Source: an uncultured Actinomycetes bacterium
GTDB taxonomy: Bacteria > Actinomycetota > UBA4738 > HRBIN12
Reading direction: 5' to 3'
DNA length: 64,000 nt
Assembly: GCA_963775735.1 (NCBI GenBank)
Contig: CAVZKD010000007.1
Span: 1,394,889-1,458,888 of the forward strand
The notes under the pieces are model-generated. The model was not told the DNA's origin, ran no database searches, and saw only the letters and a program-made list of their open reading frames with translations. Shown here one piece after another: positions 62,984-64,000 of this stretch (its first letter is position 1; each line of letters opens with the position of its first letter). Both the position numbers and the translations under genes were made by a program.

Positions 62984-64000
62984 TCAGGCCGGCGTGTCCG
63001 GCACGGTGATGGTGCCGTCGATGATCTGTCCCTTGAACGCGTCGAGCTGCTCGACGATGTCCGTCGTCAGCGCCTCCGTGTTCGCCTGCGAGTAGTCGAG
63101 GCCGTCCTCGGCCATGCCGAACACCACGCTCCCGCCGAACGTGTCGGCGCCGACCGCCTCGATCGCGCCGTAGACGGCGGTGTCGACGCGCTTCAGCATC
63201 GACGTCAGGATCCATGGCTGCTGCTCCGGACTCGCGGTCTGCCACTGGTCCGAGTCGACGCCGATCGCGTACCTCTCCGCGTCGACCGCCGCGCTGAACA
63301 AACCGGCGCCCGATGCCCCGGCCGCGTGGTAGATGATCTCCGCGCCACCGTCGTACATCGACGTGGACAGCGCCTCGCCCCGCACGGGGTCGTTGAACGC
63401 GGTCGTGTCGTCGCCGATGTACTCGACGAGCACCTCGATGTTCGGGTTGATCGCGGCGGCTCCCGCCTCGTAGCCCGCCTGGAACTTCTCGATCAGTCCC
63501 GTGCCCTGCTGGCCGCCGAGGAACCCGATCGTGTCGCACCCGCACTTCAACGCGGCCGCGGCGCCGACCAGGAAGGAACCCTCTTGCTCCTTGAAGGTGT
63601 AGTCGGCCACGTTCGGGATCGCATCGGCGTCGTTCGTGAGCCCGCACGCCGTCCCGCAGGTCGCGAACCCGTCGACGATCATGAAGCTCGTGTCCGGGTA
63701 GTCCGGCGCGATCGTGTTGATGCCCGGAGAGAACGCGAAGCCGACCCCGATCACGAGGTCGAAGCCCGCGTCGGCCAGCGCCTGCGCGTTCTGGTCTCGG
63801 TCCGAACCGGTCGAGTTCGCCTCGTTCGTGACGACGTTCTCCTCGCAGACCAGTCCGTCGGCGATCGCCTGCTGCAGCCCCGCATCCGCCGCGTCGTTGA
63901 ACGACTTGTCGCCGAGACCGCCGATGTCGAACGCCATGCCGACCCGGATGTCGGCGTTACATTCCGCCGCCGCCCCGGTGTCGCCACCTGTGGGGCCTCC
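62984..64000 (-). CDS. BMP family nucleoside-binding lipoprotein (N-terminus beyond window)
   Basis: DIGGLGDKSFND, GVGF, FKEQEGSFLVG, AAGASG, IGVDSDQ, TSMLKRVD. Confidence 0.92.
   Translation of the reverse strand, partial: GGPTGGDTGAAAECNADIRVGMAFDIGGLGDKSFNDAADAGLQQAIADGLVCEENVVTNEANSTGSDRDQNAQALADAGFDLVIGVGFAFSPGINTIAPDYPDTSFMIVDGFATCGTACGLTNDADAIPNVADYTFKEQEGSFLVGAAAALKCGCDTIGFLGGQQGTGLIEKFQAGYEAGAAAINPNIEVLVEYIGDDTTAFNDPVRGEALSTSMYDGGAEIIYHAAGASGAGLFSAAVDAERYAIGVDSDQWQTASPEQQPWILTSMLKRVDTAVYGAIEAVGADTFGGSVVFGMAEDGLDYSQANTEALTTDIVEQLDAFKGQIIDGTITVPDTPA

Overview
High-GC actinobacterial chromosome segment (Bpa with C-terminal GQYL, SigR/RsrA-type pair, MarP, UPF0182, argS-hom-thrC-thrB opposite tRNA-Arg(CCG)), mostly housekeeping, with about 60 CDS and 2 tRNAs. 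Many small frameshifts, including one in essential argS, suggest assembly indels rather than real pseudogenes. No CRISPR array, integrase or transposase was seen. Main points of interest: (1) an archaeal-type cyclic 2,3-diphosphoglycerate (cDPG) operon (metallophosphoesterase - cDPG synthetase - 2-phosphoglycerate kinase), whose phosphoesterase is a candidate cDPG hydrolase; (2) a GT2/GT-A glycosyltransferase fused to a copy of the CysRS anticodon-binding domain, near a PIG-L deacetylase, an S51-like hydrolase and the thiol-redox sigma/anti-sigma pair; (3) an unannotated Phe/Tyr leader-peptide attenuator upstream of DAHP synthase; (4) a one-gene islet bounded by initiator tRNA-Met and a degenerate copy of its 3' half; (5) a large secreted nucleotide pyrophosphatase/5'-nucleotidase fusion near upp and a nucleoside ABC importer; (6) many apparently leaderless genes, including a 21-bp bidirectional promoter between pyrD and pyrE. 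All family calls come from motif recognition by eye; no database search was run.
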